DNA of 35,740 nucleotides from the NCBI GenBank assembly GCA_905236535.1, contig CAJOQN010000061.1, positions 1 to 35,740 on the forward strand, in the 5' to 3' direction. Positions 18,300-26,989 of this stretch are shown one piece after another. Origin of the DNA: an uncultured Bacilli bacterium (GTDB lineage Bacteria; Bacillota_I; Bacilli_A; RFN20; CAG-826). Both the position numbers and the translations under genes were made by a program. The notes under the pieces are model-generated. The model did not search any database, was not told the DNA's origin, and saw only the letters and a program-made list of their open reading frames with translations. Positions within the stretch are counted from its first letter, which is position 1. The number at the start of each line of letters is the position of its first letter.

Positions 18300-18920
18300 T
18301 TATTTAGAAAAATATTGGGTATCGATGGCCTCTAAAAAATAGAGTCTTGGATAATACCCTCTTTTTATTTCAATCCCTTCTTGTTTAATAACTTCATAAG
18401 GAATGGATTTGCGTTCTCCATGTTCATAGAAATCAATGACAAAAGAAGCATCTAACAAATAGATTTTGTCATATGTCGAGAAAGCGATAATAAAGAATGC
18501 GATTCCATTTTGTAGAATCACTTTTTTAAGATGAGTGATTTGATGTTTGGTGATGTTGTTTAAAGGAAAGCTGGTTTTGCTTTTGGTCATCTTGGCTTCA
18601 AAGTCGAGGTATCTTCCCTTATAGACCCCATTATAGTCAGTTGTGGATTGCTCTTCATAATAAGCATTGATGATTTTAGCCCCTTTTGAATAATCAACTT
18701 TAACGACATTGATTGGAGTTGGTCTTTTATATATTAGAGCGAGATCTTTTTCCCGATAAAAATCGCATGATAAATTGATATCACGCTCCAAATCCATACC
18801 TCTATTTGCCGCGCTTAAAGAAACCTCTTCTTTTGATTTAGTTCTTGTTTTTTGAGCTTTAGAGGTTTGAATTTGTTTGGTCTCAGGATCATAGATTTTT
18901 CCGTTTGGATATTTAATCAT
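18300..18920 (-). CDS. recU: Holliday junction resolvase RecU
   Basis: MIKYPNG, NRGMDLE, KRPTP, STTDYNGVYKG, DFEAK, HQ. Confidence 0.97.
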   Translation of the reverse strand: MIKYPNGKIYDPETKQIQTSKAQKTRTKSKEEVSLSAANRGMDLERDINLSCDFYREKDLALIYKRPTPINVVKVDYSKGAKIINAYYEEQSTTDYNGVYKGRYLDFEAKMTKSKTSFPLNNITKHQITHLKKVILQNGIAFFIIAFSTYDKIYLLDASFVIDFYEHGERKSIPYEVIKQEGIEIKRGYYPRLYFLEAIDTQYFSK

Positions 18921-19642
18921 TTAATTTCCTTTTTAATCTCTTCTTCAAACAATTCTGGAGTAACATTCCCTCCATCCTTTAATTCTTTTAATACCGCTCT
19001 CACGGAAGTGGGGAATTTAGGATTATTGACGATAACTTTTTTATATTCTCTTAAGGTAATATCTTGTTTGGTGAGAAAAGCGTTATAGACATTAGCGAGA
19101 TTGATAGCGTCCACCGCTGGGTCGTGTGGTGGAGTGGCTAATGCTAAATCATAAAGTTCACATAGATGAATTAACGATAAAGTTTGATATTTGTCATCTT
19201 TGACATAATTGTTGATAAAACCACCAAAGTCCCAGTAATTTGTTTGAATTTGTTTGCAAATGTCTAACGGTGATTTTAAGTTATGAACAATCGTTTGACT
19301 TAAGATTCTTAAATCGTTGGTGCCATAGGTCACAAATAAAGATTTCTTCCATTTAAGACCGACATATTTTTTAAATTCCACCATCGTATCGTAGAAGGAA
19401 CGACCTTCATTTCTTAAAAGTTGATCGTCAATACCAGTGAGGTTTTTAACAATTTCTCCAACTTTTGTGGTGCTTCTCACATATCTTTTAAATGGGGGTT
19501 TGATGTGTTTAATGCTTCCATCTTTATTTAAAGAAACGGAGACTGCTCCAATCGCAATCATTTCTTGAGTTCTTTGTGTTCCTTCTAAATCGAAGAAGAC
19601 AATATTTGAACGACCTTTTAATATTTTGAGTACTTTTTCCAT
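18917..19642 (-). CDS. DEDDh 3'-5' exonuclease (KapD/ERI1-like)
   Basis: ExoI FFDLEGT, LTGI, ExoII YGTND, ExoIII HDPAVDA. Confidence 0.85.
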   Translation of the reverse strand: MEKVLKILKGRSNIVFFDLEGTQRTQEMIAIGAVSVSLNKDGSIKHIKPPFKRYVRSTTKVGEIVKNLTGIDDQLLRNEGRSFYDTMVEFKKYVGLKWKKSLFVTYGTNDLRILSQTIVHNLKSPLDICKQIQTNYWDFGGFINNYVKDDKYQTLSLIHLCELYDLALATPPHDPAVDAINLANVYNAFLTKQDITLREYKKVIVNNPKFPTSVRAVLKELKDGGNVTPELFEEEIKKEIK

Positions 19643-19693
19643 ACAACGTTTAAATTATAGCAAATACTAATTGTTACATAAATAGAAAAAACA

Positions 19694-19722
19694 TTGAATT
19701 GCTCAATATCTTAATATAAAAT
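19694..19722 (+). promoter_or_regulatory. Sigma-A-type promoter for gpsB-rnpB
   Basis: TTGAAT-17 nt-TAAAAT, 14 nt upstream of the gpsB ATG. Confidence 0.55.
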
Positions 19723-19736
19723 ATTAACCGTACATT

Positions 19737-20099
19737 ATGAGCGTCAAACTATTTTTGTCTTCAAATGCGATTTTAGAAAAAGTATTTCATGGGGCTACTC
19801 CTGGATACAATCCTTTGGAAGTTGATACCTTCCTTGACCAAGTAATAAAGGATTATAAAATCGTGGAATCAAATTATCTTCTTAAGAAAAAAGAAGTAGA
19901 TGATCTCAACGCTAAAATTGAAAGACTCGAAAACGAAAATTCAGCTTTAAAACTTGAGAATGAAAAATTCAATCAACGTTATGGGAATCTAAAACCCACT
20001 GAAAATGTCTCTCAAGACAACATGAAGTTATTAAAAAGAATTGATGCTTTAGAAAAGTTCCTCTTTAAAGAGGGATATGATGTCACTAAAATAAAATAA
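19737..20099 (+). CDS. gpsB: DivIVA-domain protein GpsB
   Basis: ILEKVF...GYNPLEVDTFLDQVIKDY DivIVA domain, C-terminal NMKLLKRIDALEK; synteny with recU and rnpB. Confidence 0.9.
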   Translation: MSVKLFLSSNAILEKVFHGATPGYNPLEVDTFLDQVIKDYKIVESNYLLKKKEVDDLNAKIERLENENSALKLENEKFNQRYGNLKPTENVSQDNMKLLKRIDALEKFLFKEGYDVTKIK

Positions 20100-20433
20100 A
20101 TCCGATCCGGATGATAGCTGGTTATTCCAGAGGAAAGTCCATGCTCGCACAGGCTGTGATGCCTGTAGTGATTGCGCTAGCGGAAAAAATAACGCTAGGG
20201 ATGCGGGAGCGCATCACGGCGGAAGAAGACCTAAGGCTTAGGCTATGGTGGCCTTCCTGAAAGTGCCACAGTGACGGAGTTTAACAGAAATGTTAAAGTG
20301 GAACGCGGTAAACCCCACAAGCGAGAAACCCAAATTTGGTAGGGGAGGCTTATACGGAGAATTGAATCCTAAAAAGCAGGCATTGCCTAGATAAATTATC
20401 ATCTTAAACAAAACATGGCTTACAAGATCGGAT
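20100..20433 (+). ncRNA. rnpB: RNase P RNA, bacterial type B
   Basis: GAGGAAAGTCCATGCTCGC, GAAAGTGCCACAGTGACG, GTGGAACGCGGTAAACCCC, ACAAAACATGGCTTA; P1 helix ATCCGATC/GATCGGAT. Confidence 0.97.
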
Positions 20434-20448
20434 ACTCACTTTAAAAAG

Positions 20449-21096
20449 ATGAATACTCCAAACAAAATTACGATTTCAAGAATTATCTTAATAGCAATTA
20501 CGTTGTTATCTCTTTTTGTTTTATCTTTTTTTAAAGATTTGCAAACCCCTCTTCTTGGTAATAGCGGGATCAATCTCATCTTCTTAATCGTCGCTTGTGT
20601 CTTTATCATCGCGGCCTTCACCGATTTCTTGGATGGTTATTTGGCAAGAAAAAATAACGAAGTCACTAATCTTGGGAAATTTTTAGATCCTATTGCTGAT
20701 AAGATTCTCATCAATTCTTTAGTCATCTTATTAATCGCTCCTCAATTTTTTGCTCCCTATAACCATGAACAAGTAGTTTCTTTTAACATTTGGTGCGGAG
20801 TTTTATTAATTGTGAGAGATGTGATTGTCGACGCTTTAAGATTTATCGCCGCTTCAAAGAATGTGGTTATCGCCGCTAACATCTTTGGCAAACTTAAAAC
20901 CGTCTTTGAGATGGTTACTATCTCTTTAATTTTATTAAACGGATTCCCATTCTATTACTTTGACGCCTCTTGGTATCAAGGATTACATATCACTGATTTC
21001 GCTGTTTATATCACAACAGCAATGTCCCTTATTTCAGGGATTATCTATATTGTTCAAAACATCAAAGTCTTCAAAGACAACAAGGAGAAAGAATAA
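20449..21096 (+). CDS. pgsA: CDP-diacylglycerol--glycerol-3-phosphate 3-phosphatidyltransferase
   Basis: NTPNKITISR, DFLDGYLARK, GKFLDPIADK. Confidence 0.96.
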   Translation: MNTPNKITISRIILIAITLLSLFVLSFFKDLQTPLLGNSGINLIFLIVACVFIIAAFTDFLDGYLARKNNEVTNLGKFLDPIADKILINSLVILLIAPQFFAPYNHEQVVSFNIWCGVLLIVRDVIVDALRFIAASKNVVIAANIFGKLKTVFEMVTISLILLNGFPFYYFDASWYQGLHITDFAVYITTAMSLISGIIYIVQNIKVFKDNKEKE

Positions 21097-21566
21097 TGAA
21101 CGCTCAAGACATTAATACCTTATTTCGTGATAAAGGGAGAACATTAGGTTCTGTCGAATCATTCACCGGCGGAATGTTTGCCAGTGATGTTATCTCTGTC
21201 TCTGGCGCTTCTCACTTCTTTAAAGGTGCATTAGTCACTTATATGACTGAAGAGAAAGTTCGTCTTCTTGGAATCCCTTATGATCTCATTGATAAATTTG
21301 GAGTTGTCTCTAAAGAAATCGCCGAAATGATGGCGACCTTAGGTTCTCAAAGATTAGCGGTTGATTATTGTATTGCCTTTACAGGAAATGCTGGTCCAAA
21401 GGCGATGGAAAATAAACCAGTTGGTGAAGTATATATCGCTGTTTGTGCTTATCAAAATGTTGAAGTCATTAGATTTAATTTCCAAGGTGATAGAGAAACC
21501 ATTCGTAAGAATGCTCTTGAAGCTGGATACGTTTTCCTCGAAGAAATGTTAAAAAAATATAATTAA
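21096..21566 (+). CDS. pncC: Stand-alone CinA C-terminal domain / NMN deamidase PncC
   Basis: ESFTGG, SGASHFFKG, FTGNAGP, PVGEVYI; between pgsA and recA. Confidence 0.88.
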   Translation: MNAQDINTLFRDKGRTLGSVESFTGGMFASDVISVSGASHFFKGALVTYMTEEKVRLLGIPYDLIDKFGVVSKEIAEMMATLGSQRLAVDYCIAFTGNAGPKAMENKPVGEVYIAVCAYQNVEVIRFNFQGDRETIRKNALEAGYVFLEEMLKKYN

Positions 21567-21618
21567 TTTTACGAAAATTAGAAAAAATTCACTATTTATA
21601 TATTGAGGGGGTCTTTTT

Positions 21619-22629
21619 ATGGCTAAACAAAATAACGAACAAATTATTGATAAAGATGTCGCCTTAGAAGAAACGTTAAAAGAGATTCAAAAACTCTATG
21701 GCAAAGGCGCGGTTATGAAACTTGGAAATCGTAATCCAGTCGATGTCGATGTCATTCCTAGCGGCTCTTTATTAATTGATGATGTCCTCGGTGTTGGGGG
21801 ATATCCAAAAGGACGTATCGTCGAAATCTATGGTCCTGAATCCTCAGGTAAAACTACACTTGCTTTACACGCGATTGCGGAATGCCAAAAGCAAGGTGGA
21901 CGCGCGGCATTCGTTGATGCGGAACACGCGATTGATCCAGTTTATGCGAAAAACTTAGGGGTCAACATTGATGAATTAATCCTTTCTCAACCAGATAGTG
22001 GAGAACAAGCTCTTGAAATCGTTGAGATGCTCGCATCTTCCAAAGCTATCGATTTGATTATTGTCGATAGTGTCGCCGCCTTAGTTCCTCAAGCTGAACT
22101 TGATGGTGAGATGTCCGATAACTCTGTCGGTCTTCAAGCTAGACTTATGTCTAAAGCGATGAGAAAACTCGCTGGTATCTTAAATAAAGCAGATTGCGCG
22201 GTTATCTTCATCAATCAACTTAGAGAAAAAGTTGGTGTGATGTATGGAAATCCTGAAACAACTTCGGGTGGTAGAGCTTTAAAATTCTACGCTTCTATCC
22301 GTATCGATATTAGAAGAGTGGACGCCATTAAAAATGGTTCTGATATCGTTGGTAACTCTTGCCGCGTTAAAGTGGTAAAGAACAAAGTTGCCCCACCATT
22401 CAAACAATGCGAAATCGATATTATCTATGGTGAAGGTATCTCCATGGAGGGCGAAATCATTGATAAAGCCGTCGAACTTGGACTTATGAAAAAGAGTGGA
22501 TCTTGGTATGAATATAAAGGCAACAAGATTGCCCAAGGCCGTGACCAAGCGAAAGCCTATCTTCAAAGCAACGAAGATGTGGTAAAAGAATTAAAAGAGG
22601 CAATTAAAACTGGTGTCAAAGCCGAATAA
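21619..22629 (+). CDS. recA: Recombinase A
   Basis: [31 protein letters not shown]. Confidence 0.99.
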   Translation: MAKQNNEQIIDKDVALEETLKEIQKLYGKGAVMKLGNRNPVDVDVIPSGSLLIDDVLGVGGYPKGRIVEIYGPESSGKTTLALHAIAECQKQGGRAAFVDAEHAIDPVYAKNLGVNIDELILSQPDSGEQALEIVEMLASSKAIDLIIVDSVAALVPQAELDGEMSDNSVGLQARLMSKAMRKLAGILNKADCAVIFINQLREKVGVMYGNPETTSGGRALKFYASIRIDIRRVDAIKNGSDIVGNSCRVKVVKNKVAPPFKQCEIDIIYGEGISMEGEIIDKAVELGLMKKSGSWYEYKGNKIAQGRDQAKAYLQSNEDVVKELKEAIKTGVKAE

Positions 22630-22636
22630 GCTAATT

Positions 22637-22664
22637 CCGTCACTTCATGTGGCGGTTTTTCTTT
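22637..22664 (+). terminator. Intrinsic terminator after recA
   Basis: CCGTCAC-TTCAT-GTGGCGG followed by TTTTTCTTT. Confidence 0.8.
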
Positions 22665-22694
22665 TAAAAATTTTATTTAAAAGATATAATAATT

Positions 22695-22848
22695 ATGCAC
22701 CCCTCGAAAGGTGTTTACCTATAGATCTCTATATGAGAACCTTATTATCAGGCTTGCCTGTTAAATATATAAAGTGTCAATATATCGTATTTTTTGGCAT
22801 ACTTAGGTAAATTATAGCTTTTAGCTATATTTTGATATAGAAAGGACC
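22695..22848 (+). ncRNA. Candidate structured RNA (6S-like rod or rny leader)
   Basis: TATAAT at 22685-22690, followed by about 150 nt with nested complementary blocks; see findings. Confidence 0.3.
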
Positions 22849-22853
22849 ATTTT

Positions 22854-24425
22854 ATGATCGTACTCGTAGATGCGATGGCCATTGCTTTGCCAATCATCTG
22901 TGGTGTTGCTGGTCTTATAGTCGGAGGACTAGTTATTTTCCTCATCCCCGTTTTTAGAAAATATCGCGCAGAAAACACTGCGAAAAAGATTATTCGTGAA
23001 GCGGAAATTAAAGCCGAACACATTACCAAAAACGCTAAACTTGATGGCAAACAGGCTATCTTTGAAATGAAACAAGAAGCCGACAAAGAAATTCGCGAAA
23101 GAAAAATGGAAGTCGCGAACCAAGAAAACAAATTAGCCCAAAGAGAACAAGGTATCGATAGAAGAGATGCCGCGCTCATTCAAAAAGAGAGCAATTTGGA
23201 CGCTAAAGAAGAAACTCTTAATCGCCGTTTAAAAGACGTCGATAAGAAAGAAACCCTTCTTCAAGAAAAAATCGATAGCATTATCGTCGAACTTGAAAAA
23301 GTCGCTCAAATGTCCACTCAAGAAGCGAAAGATGAACTCTTTGCGAGAGTGGAATCTAAGATTTCTCAAGAAATCGCTGCCTTCGTTAAAAATAAAGAAG
23401 ACGAAGCTAAAGAACAAGTGGAAGAGAAAGCTAAAGATATGCTCGCGCTTGCCATTTGTAAATATTCTCAAGACACCGTGACCGAAAGAACGGTCTCTGC
23501 GATTGCCCTCCCTAATGATGAAATGAAAGGACGTATCATCGGTCGTGAAGGCCGTAACATCCGTTCCTTAGAACAACTTTTAGGTGTTGATTTAATCATT
23601 GATGATACCCCTGAAGTTATCACTGTTTCCTGCTTTAATCCTATTCGTAGAGAAATTGCTCGTCGTTCCTTGGAAGCTTTAATCAAAGACGGGAGAATTC
23701 AACCTGGAAGAATTGAAGAGATTGTCAACAAATGTTCCCAAGAAGTGGAAGAAGAATCTCATAAAGCCGGTATGGATGCAGTCAATAGACTTGGTTTACC
23801 AAGAATTAATAAAGAACTCGTTAATTATATCGGTAAACTTAAATATCGTACCTCCTTTGGGCAAAACCAATTACAACACTCCATCGAAGTGGCATATCTC
23901 ACTGGAATTATGGCTGCGGAACTTGGTTTAGACCAAAACCTTGCTAGAAGAGCGGGTTTATTACACGATGTCGGTAAGGCAGTGGACTATGAAACTGATG
24001 GTTCACACGTCGAAATCGGCGCTCATTTAGCAAAGAAATATGGAGAGCCAGATGTCGTTATCAATTCCATTGAATCGCATCATGGTGATGTTCCAGCAAA
24101 ATCTATAATTGCGAACTTAGTCCAAGCCGCGGATACCTTATCTGCTGCTAGACCAGGGGCTCGTAGTGAAATGCTTGAAAATTACATCAAAAGAATCGAA
24201 AAACTCGAAGAAATTTGTAATTCCTATGATGGTGTTTCTCAAAGCTTTGCGCTACAAAGCGGTCGTGAACTTCGTGTGATGGTTATCCCTGATAAAGTTG
24301 ACGATATTGGCGCTTTCAAATTAGCGAGAGAAATCAAAGAAAGAATCGAAAATGAAATGACCTATCCAGGTCAAATTAAAGTTTCTGTCATCCGCGAATA
24401 TCGCGCGGTTGAAACAGCGAAATAG
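22854..24425 (+). CDS. rny: Ribonuclease Y
   Basis: N-terminal TM segment, coiled coil, KH MKGRIIGREGRNI, HD motif LLHDVGK, AADTLSAARPGAR. Confidence 0.98.
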   Translation: MIVLVDAMAIALPIICGVAGLIVGGLVIFLIPVFRKYRAENTAKKIIREAEIKAEHITKNAKLDGKQAIFEMKQEADKEIRERKMEVANQENKLAQREQGIDRRDAALIQKESNLDAKEETLNRRLKDVDKKETLLQEKIDSIIVELEKVAQMSTQEAKDELFARVESKISQEIAAFVKNKEDEAKEQVEEKAKDMLALAICKYSQDTVTERTVSAIALPNDEMKGRIIGREGRNIRSLEQLLGVDLIIDDTPEVITVSCFNPIRREIARRSLEALIKDGRIQPGRIEEIVNKCSQEVEEESHKAGMDAVNRLGLPRINKELVNYIGKLKYRTSFGQNQLQHSIEVAYLTGIMAAELGLDQNLARRAGLLHDVGKAVDYETDGSHVEIGAHLAKKYGEPDVVINSIESHHGDVPAKSIIANLVQAADTLSAARPGARSEMLENYIKRIEKLEEICNSYDGVSQSFALQSGRELRVMVIPDKVDDIGAFKLAREIKERIENEMTYPGQIKVSVIREYRAVETAK

Positions 24426-24455
24426 ATCACCCCTATTTCATAGAAAGAACAACAA

Positions 24456-25241
24456 TTGAATATTTTATTTATTGGTGACATCGTTGGACGTGTTGGACGT
24501 CGAATGATCAAAGACTACTTAAACATCTATGTGGAGAAATACCATATAGATTTTGTCATTGCTAATGGGGAAAACGCTACCCACGGAAAAGGTTTAATTC
24601 AAAACCATTATAATGAGTTAATCAATGATGGAGTGGATGTTATCACCCTTGGCAATCACTATAAGAGCAAGAATGAGATTCTCCGTTATTTGGATTTCGC
24701 GGATAATCTTGTTAGACCTTATAACATCTTAGAGAAATGCCCAGGAGTGGGCACTGCCATCTATGATGTTGACGGAATAAGCGTGAGGGTCACAAATATC
24801 TTAGGAGCGGCCTTTATGAACGAACAAGTCAATGCCCCTTATTATTCCATTTTAGAAATCCTCTCTGATGAGGAAAAAGCTAATATTCACATCATTGATT
24901 TTCACGCAGAAGCGACCGGAGAAAAGCAAAGCTTTGCCTATGCTCTTGATGGAAAAGTAACCGCGGTGTTAGGGACTCATACCCATGTTCAAACTAGAGA
25001 CTATATGGTTCTCCCCAATGGAACTGGATATATCTCAGATGTTGGAATGACTGGATATTATGAAGGCGTTTTAGGGTTTACAAAAGAAACCGTTGTCGCT
25101 AAAAATATGTATGGAGAGATGAAAAGATTTGAAGTTCCTGATGAAGGAAGAGGACTTCTCTCCGCGGTTGTTCTCCACGTTGATGATATAAGTGGAAAAT
25201 GCTTAGAAATATTCCCAATCTACTTTGTAGAGGAAAAATAA
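24456..25241 (+). CDS. ymdB: YmdB-like metallophosphoesterase
   Basis: GDIVG, NGEN, TLGNH, DFHAEATGEK, GTHTHV, DVGMTG; TTG start. Confidence 0.95.
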   Translation: MNILFIGDIVGRVGRRMIKDYLNIYVEKYHIDFVIANGENATHGKGLIQNHYNELINDGVDVITLGNHYKSKNEILRYLDFADNLVRPYNILEKCPGVGTAIYDVDGISVRVTNILGAAFMNEQVNAPYYSILEILSDEEKANIHIIDFHAEATGEKQSFAYALDGKVTAVLGTHTHVQTRDYMVLPNGTGYISDVGMTGYYEGVLGFTKETVVAKNMYGEMKRFEVPDEGRGLLSAVVLHVDDISGKCLEIFPIYFVEEK

Positions 25242-25242
25242 A

Positions 25243-26952
25243 GTGAAAGAAAAAATCTTAAACAAACCAGATTTAAAAAAGGCGATTCAAAGAGATTCTA
25301 GTGTTTCTCCGATTATTTATGTTGAAGACAATCGTTCTCAAAAGCTTTTAGATTTCGCCAAAGATAAAAAATATTACATTCACACCTATGGTTGTCAGGC
25401 TAATGTCAGAGACGAAGAATCGATGAGAGGAATGCTTGAGAGCATTGGTTTAACAAAAACTGAAAATAGAGAAGAGGCGGATGTTATCCTTCTTAATACC
25501 TGTGCGGTGAGAGAAAACGCTGAAGATAAATTATATGGAGAAATTGGTAACCTTAAAGGTTATATGGAAAAGCATAAAGATGCGGTTCTCGGCATCTGTG
25601 GTTGTGTTCCTGAAGAACCTGAAATCTTAGAAAGAATTCTTAAAACGTTCCCATATGTTAATTTGGTCTTTGGCACTCATGAAGTTTATCGCTTACTTGA
25701 GTTCCTTGAAGAAGTTATCTCTTCTAAAAAGAGATTAATCGCCGTGGAATCTAAATCTGGAGAAGTCTATGAAGGTTTACCAGTTATTAGAACTTCTAAA
25801 TATAAAGCCTTTGTTAATATTATTTATGGTTGTAATAAATTCTGTACTTATTGCATTGTTCCTTACACTAGAGGAAAAGAAAGAAGCCGTAAGTTCTCTG
25901 ATATCTTAAAAGAATGCCAAGAACTTATTGATGATGGGTATCAAGAGATTACCTTATTAGGCCAAAACGTCAATGCTTATGGAAAAGATTTAGATGAAGG
26001 AAAAGACTTCGCTGACCTTTTGGAAGCAGTGGCAAAACTTGGAATTCCTAGACTTAGATTCACAACATCTCATCCATGGGATTTTACCTCAAAGATGATT
26101 GATGTTATCGCTAAATATGATAATGTCATGAACTTTATTCATCTTCCAGTGCAATCTGGAAATGACAATGTTCTTAAAAAGATGGGAAGAAGATATACCT
26201 CCTCAGATTATTTAAAACTCGTTAAAGAGATGAAAGAAAAGATTCCAGGATTAGGATTATCCACGGATATCATTGTGGGCTTCCCAAATGAATCAGATGA
26301 AGAATTTAATGACACTTTAAAACTAGTGGATGAAGTAGAGTATGATTCCGCGTTCACTTTTATCTATTCACCAAGAAAAGGGACACCTGCTGCGAGGATG
26401 GAAGATACTATCTCTAAAGAAACTAAAGGCAAGAGATTTAAAGAATTAGTTAGTCATCTTGAAAAGAGTATCAGCGCCTCCAGTGAAAGAATGGTGGGTC
26501 AAGTTTATGATGTCTTAGTGGATGGAGTAAGCAAAAATAATGAGGATATGTATAGTGGTTACACCGAATCTAATAAGCTCGTCCATTTCAAAGGCGATGA
26601 ATCGATGGTGGGTAAGATAATTAAGGTTAAAATTACTGAATCCCATACTTACTCCTTAATTGGTGAAGTTATTAGTGATGATCCCATTATTCAAAAAGCC
26701 AAAGAATTAAAAGAATGTTTGAAAAATGAGCCAGTTTTAGAGGAATATTTAAGGATTAAAGCTATTTTTGAAGTCGATGAATCATTAAAAGAACTCCGTC
26801 AAAAGATTGCTGAATCAAAAGCTAAAAACGAAAAGGATGAATATGATAGATTAAAACAAATGTATGATAATCATCCACTTGTCATTAACTACTATAAAGC
26901 CAAAGAAGAAGCGATGGAGTTATTAAAAGGATTGCACGATATTATCCAATAA
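25243..26952 (+). CDS. miaB: tRNA methylthiotransferase MiaB fused to a C-terminal YmcA/YlbF (RicA-like) domain
   Basis: TYGCQAN, NTCAVRE, radical-SAM GCNKFCTYC, TRAM domain ending SLIGE, then about 90 extra helical residues. Confidence 0.95.
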   Translation: MKEKILNKPDLKKAIQRDSSVSPIIYVEDNRSQKLLDFAKDKKYYIHTYGCQANVRDEESMRGMLESIGLTKTENREEADVILLNTCAVRENAEDKLYGEIGNLKGYMEKHKDAVLGICGCVPEEPEILERILKTFPYVNLVFGTHEVYRLLEFLEEVISSKKRLIAVESKSGEVYEGLPVIRTSKYKAFVNIIYGCNKFCTYCIVPYTRGKERSRKFSDILKECQELIDDGYQEITLLGQNVNAYGKDLDEGKDFADLLEAVAKLGIPRLRFTTSHPWDFTSKMIDVIAKYDNVMNFIHLPVQSGNDNVLKKMGRRYTSSDYLKLVKEMKEKIPGLGLSTDIIVGFPNESDEEFNDTLKLVDEVEYDSAFTFIYSPRKGTPAARMEDTISKETKGKRFKELVSHLEKSISASSERMVGQVYDVLVDGVSKNNEDMYSGYTESNKLVHFKGDESMVGKIIKVKITESHTYSLIGEVISDDPIIQKAKELKECLKNEPVLEEYLRIKAIFEVDESLKELRQKIAESKAKNEKDEYDRLKQMYDNHPLVINYYKAKEEAMELLKGLHDIIQ

Positions 26953-26954
26953 AA

Positions 26955-26983
26955 TTGTGTTTTAAAATGTTGTTTGCTATATT
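26955..26983 (+). promoter_or_regulatory. Putative promoter giving a leaderless rhs mRNA
   Basis: TTGTGT-17 nt-TATATT with an extended TG; ATG 6 nt downstream; no SD. Confidence 0.45.
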
Positions 26984-26989
26984 TAAAAT

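Noticed and set aside
21567-21618. LexA (Cheo) box upstream of recA
   Set aside because: No GAAC-N4-GTTC match
22752-22780. Perfect TTGACA on the minus strand as an antisense promoter
   Set aside because: No -10 hexamer at 16-18 nt spacing
22613-22810. 65-aa ORF between recA and rny
   Set aside because: Crosses the recA terminator, has no SD and no protein-like motif; better explained as non-coding
24483-24500. Tandem repeat GTTGGACGT x2
   Set aside because: Encodes the conserved VGRVGR of YmdB
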